A DNA stretch of 64,000 nucleotides from an uncultured delta proteobacterium. Its GTDB lineage: Bacteria > Myxococcota_A > Polyangia > Polyangiales > Polyangiaceae. Numbering within the stretch: the first letter of the stretch is position 1; every line of letters begins with the position of its first letter. A program made the translations under genes and the position numbers. Positions 8,647 to 17,820 of this stretch are shown here, one piece after another. The DNA is taken from assembly GCA_963716725.1 (NCBI GenBank), contig CAVQUB010000012.1:160001-224000 (forward strand), written 5' to 3'. The notes below the pieces were generated by a model, which ran no database searches, was not told the DNA's origin, and worked only from the letters and a program-made list of their open reading frames with translations.

Positions 8647-9290
8647 CAGCGCTGGGCATGGTTGCCGCCGCCTGCAACGGCGACAAAAAGCCCGAGCCCA
8701 CCGCGACGGCTCAGCGCAGTCAGGCAGTTACTGCGACCGGCAGACCCGCCGCGACGCCAGCGCCGGCGGCCAGCTCCGTGGCGCTGCCGACGCCCAAGAA
8801 GCCCCCACGGAAGCTCTGTGTCGGCGAGCTGGACCGACCCGGCAAGCCGCTGACGGACAAACCCGCCTCGCGAGCCAGCGCGCCGGGCGCGCGGGCCGTC
8901 CCGGACAAGCTCCGCCCGAGTGCGCAGAGCTGGACCTGGGTGAACTTCTGGGCGGCCTGGTGCGTGCCCTGCAAAGAAGAGATGCCGCGTCTGATCGAGT
9001 TCGAGAAGAAGCTCGGAGGCAAGCTCCGGCTGGTGTTCGTCTCCTTGGATGACGATCAGCGCCAGCTCGACGACTTTTTGAAGGCCCAACCAGAGACCGG
9101 CGTGCGCGCGTCGTACTGGCTCAAAGAGGGCAAGGAGCGCGAGGAGTGGCTGACCGCCGCCGAGATCGAAGAAGATCCGGAGCTGCCCACTCATCTCGTC
9201 GTCGATCCCGAGGGCAAGATCCGCTGTCGCGTGAAGGGCGCGATCGAGGACGCAGACTTCTCGTCCATCGCGCAGATCGTCGGTCGCTGA
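8625..9290 (+). CDS. TlpA-family thiol-disulfide oxidoreductase lipoprotein
   Basis: VNFWAAWCVPCKEEMP, ELPTH; lipobox AAAC; GTG start at 8625 inferred. Confidence 0.85.
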   Translation: MGRLSALAALGMVAAACNGDKKPEPTATAQRSQAVTATGRPAATPAPAASSVALPTPKKPPRKLCVGELDRPGKPLTDKPASRASAPGARAVPDKLRPSAQSWTWVNFWAAWCVPCKEEMPRLIEFEKKLGGKLRLVFVSLDDDQRQLDDFLKAQPETGVRASYWLKEGKEREEWLTAAEIEEDPELPTHLVVDPEGKIRCRVKGAIEDADFSSIAQIVGR

Positions 9291-9293
9291 GCG

Positions 9294-10457
9294 ATGCCAC
9301 CACCCGATCTGGAGCTCCCTCGATTTCTCGAGGCGCCGCTCTTCGCGGGGCACCCCTGGGTGTACCGCGATCACGTGCCGCGGGAGTTCCGAGCCGACTC
9401 TGGCACCTTGGTGCGCATTCGCGCCGGCTCGTTCTCGGCCTTTGCCCTCTGGGATGCCGAGTCGCAGATCGCGCTGCGCGTGTACTCGACGCGGGAGCTA
9501 CCGAGCGCTTCTTGGGTCGCCGATCGCGTGCGACAGGCCTGGGAGCTGCGCTCGTTGGTTCGAAGCCAGGAGACCACGGCCTTCCGCTGGCTCTTCGGTG
9601 AGGGCGACGGACTGCCCGGCGTGGTCGTCGATCTCTACGGACGCTTCGCGGTGATCGCGCTCTACGCCGACGGGCTCGAGCGAATCGCCGAGTGGGTCGC
9701 CGAAGCGCTGCGCGGCACCACGGAGCTGGCCGGGATCCTCCTCCGCCGCCGCGGGAGCGACGGCGGGCTCGAGGTCGTCTGGGGTAGGAGGCCGCCGGCC
9801 GAGCTGCTGGTGGAGGAGCATGGCGTGCGGATGTGCGCAGATCTCGAGGCGGGCCAGAAGACGGGCCTCTTCCTCGACCACCGGGAGAATCGCCGCTTCG
9901 TCGGATCCGTCGCCGCCGGGCGGCGCGTGCTGAATCTCTTTTCCTACACCGGCGCCTTCTCGCTCCACGCCGCGCTCCAAGGTGCGGCGCATGTCACGAG
10001 CGTGGACGTCGCTTCCGGCGCCATGGCGGCAGCCCGCGAGAACTTCCGGCTCAACGGCCTCGACGTCGACGCCCACGACTTCGTGGTCGCGGACGTGTTC
10101 GAGTTCCTCGAGCAGACGAAATCCGATGGCAGGGTCTTCGACTTGGTCATCTCGGATCCGCCCAGCTTCGCCAAGAGCAAGCAGCAGCAGAAGCAGGCGC
10201 TGCGCGCCTACGTGAAGCTCAACTCGCTGGCGCTCCGTGCCACCGCGGTTGGTGGGCTCTTCGCGGCGGCCAGCTGCACGTCGCAGGTCGGCCCCGAAGC
10301 GTTTCGTCAGACCCTGGCCGAGGCCGCCAGCCGAGCCAAACGACGCCTTCAGATCATCCACGAAGCGGGCCAGCCCGCCGACCATCCGGTGTTCGCGCAG
10401 CATCTCGAGGGGCGCTACCTGAAGTTCATGGTGGGTCGGGCCCTCGGCCCGGCCTGA
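9294..10457 (+). CDS. RlmI/RlmK-like class I SAM-dependent rRNA methyltransferase
   Basis: GHPWVY, GEGDGLPG, GQKTGLFLDHRENR, VLNLFSYTG, DPPSF, SCT, YLK. Confidence 0.9.
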   Translation: MPPPDLELPRFLEAPLFAGHPWVYRDHVPREFRADSGTLVRIRAGSFSAFALWDAESQIALRVYSTRELPSASWVADRVRQAWELRSLVRSQETTAFRWLFGEGDGLPGVVVDLYGRFAVIALYADGLERIAEWVAEALRGTTELAGILLRRRGSDGGLEVVWGRRPPAELLVEEHGVRMCADLEAGQKTGLFLDHRENRRFVGSVAAGRRVLNLFSYTGAFSLHAALQGAAHVTSVDVASGAMAAARENFRLNGLDVDAHDFVVADVFEFLEQTKSDGRVFDLVISDPPSFAKSKQQQKQALRAYVKLNSLALRATAVGGLFAAASCTSQVGPEAFRQTLAEAASRAKRRLQIIHEAGQPADHPVFAQHLEGRYLKFMVGRALGPA

Positions 10458-10467
10458 TCGCCAGGCA

Positions 10468-10524
10468 CAAAAAAGTCGAACCGCACCGGCGACGGGGTGG
10501 ACATCCGTCGCGGGTGCGGTCGAC
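10468..10524 (-). terminator. Intrinsic terminator (minus strand; may also serve the convergent + strand operon)
   Basis: Long stem gtcga-accgcacc-gcgacgg / ccgtcgc-ggtgcggt-cgac followed by a T-tract on the minus strand. Confidence 0.85.
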
Positions 10525-10660
10525 CGCTCTCGATTCGCTCGGGGATCAGGCGCCGAGCGCATCACCTCCTGGGCTCATGGCTCCGGGCTCTCGGGTTGCG
10601 CGACGCTTCGTCAGGCTCTCTTCGGGTTGGTTTCTCATCGGGCTTGGCTTGGTTATGTTT
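10468..10660 (-). ncRNA. Candidate small RNA or structured 3'UTR with a perfect AGGAGGTGAT element
   Basis: About 260 nt lacking a convincing gene; A/C-rich 5' part, SD decamer at 10561-10570, hairpin cgctcgg..ccgagcg, then terminator. Confidence 0.3.
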
Positions 10661-10732
10661 TTGGGGACGAGGCGCGTCGGATCTGCTTCACGATTGCGGG
10701 TAGCGTTTTCGGTTGGGGCGTGCGGATCGGGA

Positions 10733-11266
10733 TCACTTCAGCTGGGCGAGCACCTCCGTTCTGCTGCCGTCGGCGCGATCCATGGTGGCGATCACGACGG
10801 GCTGGCCAGGTTTCATGCGCACGCTGGCGCTCACCTTCGACTCAGACTGAGAGTTTTCGCGACGTTCGGACTTGCGGATGTCGAAGGCGAGGGGAGACGC
10901 AGCTCCCGAACCGGCGCGGTGGACGGTGATTCGGTACTCGAGATCTCCAACTCGAGAATCGATGCGTGAGACACCACGCTCGGTGACCGGAAACGAGAAA
11001 CGCTCGACCTTGCTTGGCGCGCCGGCGCGGATCTCGCGGATCTCGACGGCGATCAGCGCGGGCATGGCCGCGCCCGCCACAGCCGCCGGCGCCGGGGCGG
11101 GGCGCGGGGGCGGTGCTGGTCGCAGAGCGATGCGGGGGCGCGACTGTGCCGCGGGCACGGTTGCGGTGCGTCGCGGAGGATCCGCGTGCGCGCTCGGTGC
11201 AGCGAGTGAAAGCGCGGCGAAGCACAGCGGTGCGGCGGCGAAGGATTGGACGAGTCGAATTTGCAT
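10733..11266 (-). CDS. Secreted hypothetical protein (Pro/Ala linker + small beta-rich domain)
   Basis: AAGGAG RBS, Sec signal ending AHA-D, sigma54 promoter directly upstream. Confidence 0.75.
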   Translation of the reverse strand: MQIRLVQSFAAAPLCFAALSLAAPSAHADPPRRTATVPAAQSRPRIALRPAPPPRPAPAPAAVAGAAMPALIAVEIREIRAGAPSKVERFSFPVTERGVSRIDSRVGDLEYRITVHRAGSGAASPLAFDIRKSERRENSQSESKVSASVRMKPGQPVVIATMDRADGSRTEVLAQLK

Positions 11267-11298
11267 TCAGTGCTCCTTGTCTGGACGAAGCACGGAAT

Positions 11299-11314
11299 TG
11301 CAACGCGCGTGCCA
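11299..11314 (-). promoter_or_regulatory. Sigma54 (-24/-12) promoter
   Basis: Minus strand TGGCACGCGCGTTGCA = TGGCAC-N5-TTGCA consensus, 32 nt upstream of the ATG at 11266. Confidence 0.85.
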
Positions 11315-11445
11315 CGACGCGCTTCGGCGCCGAAAACGCGATAACCCGGCAGATCGCCCGAGATCAGCCCGGCGCGACGGACCACTGTGTTGTCAGGCTG
11401 GCGGGGTGGCGGCGCTCGGCGTGACGAGCTGACAAAGGCGCGTGC

Positions 11446-12207
11446 TCAGAACACGTAGCGGAGCGCGATGCCGCTCGTCCACGCCAGCGCCTGCTCGCCG
11501 CCGCGGTCGCGCCCCAAGACGTCTTGGTAGTTCTTCACGCCGCCGTGAAGCGCGAGGGCCATGTGCGGGTTCACCTGGTACCACTCGAAACCGAGCTGTC
11601 CGCCCCAGTAGAGCCCGAGTTGGTCGGCGTTCCGGTGGCCGTAGTAAAAGAGGACGTCCTCGGTGATCTTTGCGCCACCGGCGCTGCCCTGCACGTAGAT
11701 CCCGAAGCGGTCCATGGGCTTGACCGTCAGCCGCAGGCCGCCGCCGAAGCCGAAGAGTGCGTAGCCTCGAGGCTCCGGTGGTCGGTTCGCGTACGACGTG
11801 TTCGAGAACACCAGATCGCCCTCAGCGAACACCATCAAGAACGACAGGGGCTCGAAGCCGAAATGCAGGTGGAACCAGGGCGAAGTCGGCGAGACGTTCT
11901 TCAGCGGTCCCAGATGCCCGAGCGCGCCGATGCTCGACTCGAGCACGAAGCCGTGGTCGCGCGGCGGGGCCGGCGGGGCCTCTTCTTGATCGTCGGCGTC
12001 GAGGCCGTCCTTGCCCTGCGCCGCGTCGTCGCGGGTGAGCCAGCCGTCGATCTCGGCATCGGTCATCTGCCGGCTCTCGGGCTCATCGGCGGCTCGCGCG
12101 GCGGCAGACCACGACAGGGCGAAGGCGAGGGGCAGCAGCGCGAGGCGGTGGGCGAGGGACGGCATCCGAAGCGGCATCACGCTAGCGCGCCCGCCGGCTG
12201 CCGTCAT
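11446..12207 (-). CDS. Outer-membrane beta-barrel protein (possibly CglE-like); start uncertain
   Basis: Signal peptide, alternating amphipathic strands, terminal LRYVF beta-signal. Confidence 0.7.
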   Translation of the reverse strand: MTAAGGRASVMPLRMPSLAHRLALLPLAFALSWSAAARAADEPESRQMTDAEIDGWLTRDDAAQGKDGLDADDQEEAPPAPPRDHGFVLESSIGALGHLGPLKNVSPTSPWFHLHFGFEPLSFLMVFAEGDLVFSNTSYANRPPEPRGYALFGFGGGLRLTVKPMDRFGIYVQGSAGGAKITEDVLFYYGHRNADQLGLYWGGQLGFEWYQVNPHMALALHGGVKNYQDVLGRDRGGEQALAWTSGIALRYVF

Positions 12208-12223
12208 CCCAGGTTCTCGGGCA

Positions 12224-12268
12224 CAAAAAGCCGAAGCCCCACGCCGCTCGCGCGGCGCAGGGCTCCTG
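12224..12268 (-). terminator. Intrinsic terminator after the PPC-domain lipoprotein
   Basis: ggagccctgcgccgc-GCGA-gcggcgtggggcttc then ggcttttt on the minus strand. Confidence 0.8.
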
Positions 12269-12286
12269 GTTGGGGCCTGATTCGGA

Positions 12287-13852
12287 TCAGGCCTTCGGGC
12301 GGAAGTGGATGCCGCAGCGGTAATAGGTGCCCTTGATGTTCGCGTCCTGGCTGGTCGCGTTCAGCTTGACGATCAGCTTGGTCTCCCCGCTGGGGGTCGT
12401 CAGGTCCTGGAGCACGGCGTTTTTGTCAGCCGCCTCGACGACGGTCCCGCCGGTGATGGCTGAGCTGTCGCCCTTGAGCAGGTTGATGGTGAAGTTGCGC
12501 AGGCCCGAGCCGGAGCGCTGGGCGCCGCAGGCCACGGACACGGTGTCCGCGCCCTGGACCGGCACCACCACCGAGAAGTGGTCGACGTCCGTGGTGGAGA
12601 TCAGATCACCTTCGACGAAGTAGCTGTTCTGGGTGGCGGAGGGCATGGTCAGGACTTCTGCCGTGGCCAGCACGTCGTTCGCGGCTTCCTGCTTCTCGAC
12701 CGGGTTGCCGCCGCCGAAGCCGGAGAGGTCGAAGTAGAAGTCGTTGCCGCCCGTCGGAGCCGTCACGCGCTTGTAGAATGCGAGGTAGTCGGTGCCGGCG
12801 GTCAGCGGGACGTCGATGGTCTGTCCGTTGCCGTCGGCGTCCACCTTCGAGAAGTCCACGTGCGCCAGGATCACCGTCGGCGCGGACTTGGCTGCGATCC
12901 ACACCTCACTGGGCGAGGTCGTCGAGCCGTTGCCGGTGGTGCCGCCCTTCTGGGTGTAGAGGCTGCCGTTGAGCCGGGCGCCCGCGTCGACGGTGACGTC
13001 GGCGGGGACCTTGAAGGACCACACGTCCACGTCGGTTGCGCTGCTGAAGGTGCCGAGCATGGTGCTCAGGTAGTAGCTGCCGGCGGTGGTGGTCGCCTTG
13101 TAGGTGACCGGCGACGCCTGAGCGTCCGTGTCGTTGGGCTCGGTTTCCTTGACCTCGCCGGCCTCGCTGAAGGTCAGCCCCGAGATGTACAAGACGTAAT
13201 TCTTCTTGGTGATTTTCGCCATCGGGGCGCATTTCGAAGGGCCGCCCTTCTCCCAAGCGGTGCACTCCACCACCCGGACGAAGTAAGTGCCGTCGGCCGG
13301 CAGCACGGTCAGCATGAATGGATCGTTGCTGCTGCGGGGATCCGGATCGTCCTGCTCGGCGATCTGCTTGCCGGTGGAATCGTATACGGTGATGACGAGA
13401 TCGACGTAGGTCGGGTCGAAGGGGTCGCCGGCCGAGGCCGCGGGCTTCGCGTCGGTGAGGATCGAGATGGCCTGACCCTTCTTGCCGTCGAACTTGTACC
13501 AGTCCTGATCCTTGTCGATCGGGTCGAGGGCGCCCTGGATGGAATCCTTCTGCGGATCGGTGCCGATCTTGGCCTGGGTCGCGGTCTCCTTGGTGTCGTT
13601 GCCGTCGGGCTTCGCGCCGCCGGTGCCGCCGGAGCCGCCGGAGCCGCCGCTGCCGCCCACGCTGCCGCCGCTGCCGCCCAAGCCGCCGCCCGTGCCGCCC
13701 GCGCCGCCGATGAGGTTGCCGCCGGTGCCGCCGGTGCTGGCTCCGCCGGTGTTGCCGCCGCCGCTGCTGTCGCCGCCGCAAGCCGTGATCATTCCAAGCC
13801 AGCCTGCGCCGGCGATCAGGAGAGTGAGAGAGGTCTTGGTCATGGAAGTCAT
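12287..13852 (-). CDS. Gly-tethered lipoprotein with three PPC-like (pre-peptidase C-terminal) domains
   Basis: Lipobox ITAC, Gly linker, repeats of (E)PND..A...D.D.(Y/W/F).F. Confidence 0.8.
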   Translation of the reverse strand: MTSMTKTSLTLLIAGAGWLGMITACGGDSSGGGNTGGASTGGTGGNLIGGAGGTGGGLGGSGGSVGGSGGSGGSGGTGGAKPDGNDTKETATQAKIGTDPQKDSIQGALDPIDKDQDWYKFDGKKGQAISILTDAKPAASAGDPFDPTYVDLVITVYDSTGKQIAEQDDPDPRSSNDPFMLTVLPADGTYFVRVVECTAWEKGGPSKCAPMAKITKKNYVLYISGLTFSEAGEVKETEPNDTDAQASPVTYKATTTAGSYYLSTMLGTFSSATDVDVWSFKVPADVTVDAGARLNGSLYTQKGGTTGNGSTTSPSEVWIAAKSAPTVILAHVDFSKVDADGNGQTIDVPLTAGTDYLAFYKRVTAPTGGNDFYFDLSGFGGGNPVEKQEAANDVLATAEVLTMPSATQNSYFVEGDLISTTDVDHFSVVVPVQGADTVSVACGAQRSGSGLRNFTINLLKGDSSAITGGTVVEAADKNAVLQDLTTPSGETKLIVKLNATSQDANIKGTYYRCGIHFRPKA

Positions 13853-14049
13853 GTGCTTTCCCCGTTGTGCTGTTGAGGTGGCGTGCGGCGTTGCGGCGCA
13901 CCCGAGCGCCACCGCGGCCGCGCAGCATAGAGGGGAGCGGGCGCTTTTCAAGCTGACCCGATTTGCGTATCCAAGTCGCGGGGTTAGCGCCGTCTGGGCG
14001 CACGTGGCCCCGGCCGGGCCGGCGGTTGGGCCGCGGGACGCGCGGCGTC

Positions 14050-14607
14050 TCAGCCCATGAAATCGCTACGGCGGGTCAAGCTGAACAGCGGCAACCCCGC
14101 CTCGCGGATCGTCTCGGCGCCGCCCTCTTCGCGATCGACGAGCGCGAGGATGCCGGTCACCGTGGCTCCTGCCGCTTTCAGCGCGTCGATGGCCTTGAGG
14201 CTCGAGCCGCCCGTGGTGATCACGTCTTCGAGCAGCGCGACGCGTAGCCCCGGACGGAGCGACCTGTCTCCCTCTACCAGCTTGGCGCTGCCGTGATCTT
14301 TGCGTGCTTTTCGCACGTACAGCGCGGGCAGCGGGCGCCCGCGCTGAAAGCTCACCAAGCTCACCGCGCTGGCCAAGGGGCAGCCGCCGAGTTCGACCCC
14401 GCCCACGGCATCGCACTCGGGGATCTCGCCGAGCGCGTCGAACATCAGTTCGCCGGCGAGCGCGTGGCCCTCGGCGGTGAGCACCGCTTGCTTGCAGTCG
14501 ATGAAGAAGTCGCTCTCGCGCCCGGACGCGAGGATGACCTTCTTACGTTCGAAGCTGAGATCGCGAAGCAGCGCCACCAGCCGTTGACGCTTGCCCTCGT
14601 CAATCAC
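14050..14607 (-). CDS. pyrE: Orotate phosphoribosyltransferase
   Basis: LASGRESDFFIDCK, VRK..KDHG, PRPP motif LLEDVITTGGS. Confidence 0.95.
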   Translation of the reverse strand: MIDEGKRQRLVALLRDLSFERKKVILASGRESDFFIDCKQAVLTAEGHALAGELMFDALGEIPECDAVGGVELGGCPLASAVSLVSFQRGRPLPALYVRKARKDHGSAKLVEGDRSLRPGLRVALLEDVITTGGSSLKAIDALKAAGATVTGILALVDREEGGAETIREAGLPLFSLTRRSDFMG

Positions 14608-15200
14608 GATCGCTTGACCTTCTTCTTGCCGCGCACGCCTTTTCCGAGCGAGGGAACCACCGGCGCGGGCGGCCCGGCCGGAGGCTCGGCTGCCGCGATG
14701 GCGACCGGCGCCGGCGCCGGGGGAGCCGGCGCAGCTTCGATGGCGGGCTTCGCGGGCGCGGGCGCTGCCGCGGGCAGCGCGGCCGGTTTCGGCGCGATGG
14801 CGACGGCGGGCCTGGGTTTGCTGCTGAAGCTGTCCGCTCCGCGCCGGGTCGGGACCACCGCGGCGCGGCGCGGAGCCGTGGGCTCGCCCTCGGTCCGAAC
14901 GCGGCCTCGCACCAGCGCGCCTTCGGCGATGCCGATGCGGGGCGCTAGCAGGTCGCCGACCACGCGGGCGCCGCGCTCCAGCATCACCGCCTCGCTGCCG
15001 GTCAGATCGCCGGCGACCTGTCCCGCGACGATGATCTGGGCGCCGCTGACGTTGCCGCTGACCGCACCGTCTTCCGCGACCGTCACGTCGCCGTCCACTT
15101 GAACGTCGCCCTCGACGCGGCCGCGGATCTCGATGGCTCCCGCGCCGCGCACGTTGCCGCGGATAGAGGTGCCGCGCCCGATGATGGATGCTGCCGCCAT
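14604..15200 (-). CDS. Bactofilin with Pro/Ala-rich, Lys-ended tail (BacP-like)
   Basis: SIIGRGTSIRGNV...I.IAEGALVRG beta-helix domain plus disordered tail ending GKKKVKRS. Confidence 0.85.
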   Translation of the reverse strand: MAAASIIGRGTSIRGNVRGAGAIEIRGRVEGDVQVDGDVTVAEDGAVSGNVSGAQIIVAGQVAGDLTGSEAVMLERGARVVGDLLAPRIGIAEGALVRGRVRTEGEPTAPRRAAVVPTRRGADSFSSKPRPAVAIAPKPAALPAAAPAPAKPAIEAAPAPPAPAPVAIAAAEPPAGPPAPVVPSLGKGVRGKKKVKRS

Positions 15201-15207
15201 CGGTCCG

Positions 15208-15534
15208 TCACACGTCCATGTCGACGCTGCCCTTGAACGAGGCACCGTCTGCAATGGTGAAGCGGGCCGACTTCACGTCACCCACCAGCCGACCGCCAGC
15301 TTGGATGTCGACGCGCTCTCGGGCCGCGACGTTGCCGGTGACCTGCCCCGCAACCGTCACGGAGCTCGCGGTCAGATCGGCTTCGACGACCCCGCCGCTG
15401 CCCACCGAGATGGCGTCAGTGGTCGTGAGCGTGCCACGCACCGTACCGTGGACCACGACCTCGTCGTCGCCCGTGAGCTCGCCCTCGATCGAGAGCCCTT
15501 CGCCAATCACCGTTCCCGCCATGCTCGCTCCCAT
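15208..15534 (-). CDS. Bactofilin (polymer-forming cytoskeletal protein)
   Basis: TVIGEGLSIEGEL...IADGASFKGSVDM. Confidence 0.92.
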   Translation of the reverse strand: MGASMAGTVIGEGLSIEGELTGDDEVVVHGTVRGTLTTTDAISVGSGGVVEADLTASSVTVAGQVTGNVAARERVDIQAGGRLVGDVKSARFTIADGASFKGSVDMDV

Positions 15535-15544
15535 CGGGGTCGAC

Positions 15545-15898
15545 TCAACGCCGCCCTTCGAAGTCCAAAGTGAATTCGGTGTCGAGCTGCACGTCGACCC
15601 GTGAGCCCGCCTCGATGGCGACGCTCGAGCCCGTGAGGTCGCCCTTGACCTCGGCGCCGGAGCGCACCTGGATCGTCCCGGCGCACTTCGCGTCGCCGAG
15701 CAGCCGGCCCGAGATGTCCAGGGAAGCCGCGCTCACGTCGCCCTCGACCGCGGCGCCGGAGCCGATCTCGACTGGACCCGAGACCGCCACGTCTCCGCTC
15801 AGGGTGCCATCGACCCTGAGGCCGCCCGTGCCCGTGACTCGTCCCGTGAGCTGGGAGCGAGCTCCGATCGCGCTGGTGTCCGAGGTGTGTCGCGCCAT
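15545..15898 (-). CDS. Bactofilin (polymer-forming cytoskeletal protein)
   Basis: SAIGARSQLTGRV...LRVDG...VKGDL....AIEAGS. Confidence 0.88.
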   Translation of the reverse strand: MARHTSDTSAIGARSQLTGRVTGTGGLRVDGTLSGDVAVSGPVEIGSGAAVEGDVSAASLDISGRLLGDAKCAGTIQVRSGAEVKGDLTGSSVAIEAGSRVDVQLDTEFTLDFEGRR

Positions 15899-15961
15899 GA
15901 ATGCGGGCGCACGCTAATACAGGCCGGCCGGGCTGTCAGCACGAACAATTGCAGGCAGCTC

Positions 15962-16657
15962 TCAGCTCGACGCGGCTGCCAAGACCTCCGCCGCCCGGTT
16001 GACGGTGGAGAACAGCCCCCGCGCAAAGAGCAAGCGTCGCTGGGCCTCGGCGAGGTCCCCGGCGCGCCCGGGTGTGGCCGCCGCCAGCAATATGGCTGCG
16101 GAAACGCTCACGTTGAGGCTCTCCACGAAGCCGCGCATGGGGATGCGGACGGAACGCGACGCCGCGGCGGAGAGCGAGCCGGAGATGCCGTCGCGCTCGT
16201 TGCCGAGCACCAGGCACAGGCGCGGCACCCGAGCCAGGTCGCCAGGGACGAGCTCGCCCTTGGGGTGGGTGGCCACCAGCTCGAAGCCGCGCTCGGTCAG
16301 CTCCTGGATGGCGTGGTCGCTCGAAGCGTGCTCGATCACGTCCACCCACCGCTCGGCGCCCTTGGCCACGTTGCCGGAGACCAAGAACTCCTCGTGGCGG
16401 GGCACGACGTGAATGGTCTGAACCCCGAAGGCGTCGCACGAGCGCAGGACCGCCGCGCCGTTGTGGGGATCGTGAGGCGCGTCCATCAGGAGCGTGACCG
16501 AGTCGAGCCGCGCCCCGATCACTTCCGCGAGTCGTGCGCGCCGGCTGTCGAGCACCAGCGGTTCGAGCACGCGGATCACGTCCTCTGCGGTCCACCCCGG
16601 CGCCCAGGGCAAGACGCCATGGGTAGGAGCAAAGACGTCTTCGGACTCGCGGCGCAT
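15962..16657 (-). CDS. TrmH/SpoU-family RNA 2'-O-methyltransferase
   Basis: HDPHNGAAVLRSCDAFG, LGNERDG, IPMRGFVESLNVSV. Confidence 0.92.
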   Translation of the reverse strand: MRRESEDVFAPTHGVLPWAPGWTAEDVIRVLEPLVLDSRRARLAEVIGARLDSVTLLMDAPHDPHNGAAVLRSCDAFGVQTIHVVPRHEEFLVSGNVAKGAERWVDVIEHASSDHAIQELTERGFELVATHPKGELVPGDLARVPRLCLVLGNERDGISGSLSAAASRSVRIPMRGFVESLNVSVSAAILLAAATPGRAGDLAEAQRRLLFARGLFSTVNRAAEVLAAASS

Positions 16658-16659
16658 GC

Positions 16660-17676
16660 TCAGGCCAGCGCTTGTCCGAGCGCAGCAGTCACCTTGCGCA
16701 GGTCCGTCATCAGCTCGGCGAACATGGCGAAGGTCAGCGCCTGCGGTCCGTCCGAGAGAGCCTTGGGCGGATCGGGATGGACCTCGACGATGGTTCCGTC
16801 GACGCCGGTGGCAGCTGCCGCGCGGGCCATGGGACCCACCGCCTTGGCCACACCGGTGCCATGGGAAGGGTCGACCATGATGGGCAGGTGGGTGATGCCG
16901 CGAAGGATGGGCAATACGCCCAAATCCAGCGTGTTGCGCGTGATCGTCTCGAAGGTCCGGATGCCGCGCTCACACAGAATGACCTGGTAGTTGCCGCGCG
17001 ACACGATGTACTCCGCCGCCATCAGCCACTCGTTGACGGTGCTGGCGATGCCGCGCTTGAGCATCACCGGTTTGCCCAAGGCCCCCACGGCCTCGAGCAA
17101 CGAGAAGTTCTGCATGTTGCGCGCGCCGATCTGCACGATGTCCGCGACCTCTGCGACCATCTTCAAGGTCTCCGTGTCCTTCACCTCGGTGATCACCGGC
17201 ATGCCGGTGATGTCCCGGGCTTCGGCCAAGAGCGCGAGTCCTTCTTCGCGCAGCCCCTGGAAGTCGTAGGGGCTGGTGCGCGGCTTGAAGGCCCCGCCGC
17301 GCAGGATGCGTGCGCCGTGCTCGTGCACGTGGCGGGCCGTCGCGAGAACTTGGTCGCGACTCTCGACCGAGCAGGGCCCCGCCATCACCACGAACGCGCC
17401 GCCGCCGATCTTCACGCCGCGGACGTCGATCACGGTGTCGTCGGGCTTCACCTCGCGGCTCACGAGCTTCCATGGCTTGCTGACCGCGACCGCCTCCTGC
17501 ACTCCGGGCAGGCGGTTGAACATCGCCGGGTCCAGGGCGCCCTTGTTGCCGGTGATCCCGATGGCGACGCGCACCGCTCCGGGGATCTCATTCGGCGTCA
17601 GCCCGAGCTCGCGGATGCGGTCACAAACCTCGCGGACGTGGTCCGCGGTCGCGCTCGAGCTCATCACGATCAACAT
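16660..17676 (-). CDS. aroF: 3-deoxy-7-phosphoheptulonate synthase (class I-beta, N-terminal regulatory domain)
   Basis: [52 protein letters not shown]. Confidence 0.95.
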   Translation of the reverse strand: MLIVMSSSATADHVREVCDRIRELGLTPNEIPGAVRVAIGITGNKGALDPAMFNRLPGVQEAVAVSKPWKLVSREVKPDDTVIDVRGVKIGGGAFVVMAGPCSVESRDQVLATARHVHEHGARILRGGAFKPRTSPYDFQGLREEGLALLAEARDITGMPVITEVKDTETLKMVAEVADIVQIGARNMQNFSLLEAVGALGKPVMLKRGIASTVNEWLMAAEYIVSRGNYQVILCERGIRTFETITRNTLDLGVLPILRGITHLPIMVDPSHGTGVAKAVGPMARAAAATGVDGTIVEVHPDPPKALSDGPQALTFAMFAELMTDLRKVTAALGQALA

Positions 17677-17820
17677 GGGCGGGTCTCCGGGGGGGCCGAT
17701 GCTCTAGCACGGCGGCGCGGACGGCCCGGGCGCGCCCCGGGCATTTCCGCGGTAATCTGAGGGTTTTGCAGCAGACCGCTGCCGCCGGCGGGGGGCCGTG
17801 CTTATGCTTCGGGAGGTCAC

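Noticed and set aside
10561..10570. ATCACCTCCT on + strand, identical to the 16S rRNA 3' end
   Set aside because: Only 10 nt match and no flanking rRNA sequence; not an rRNA gene (kept only as part of the sRNA candidate).
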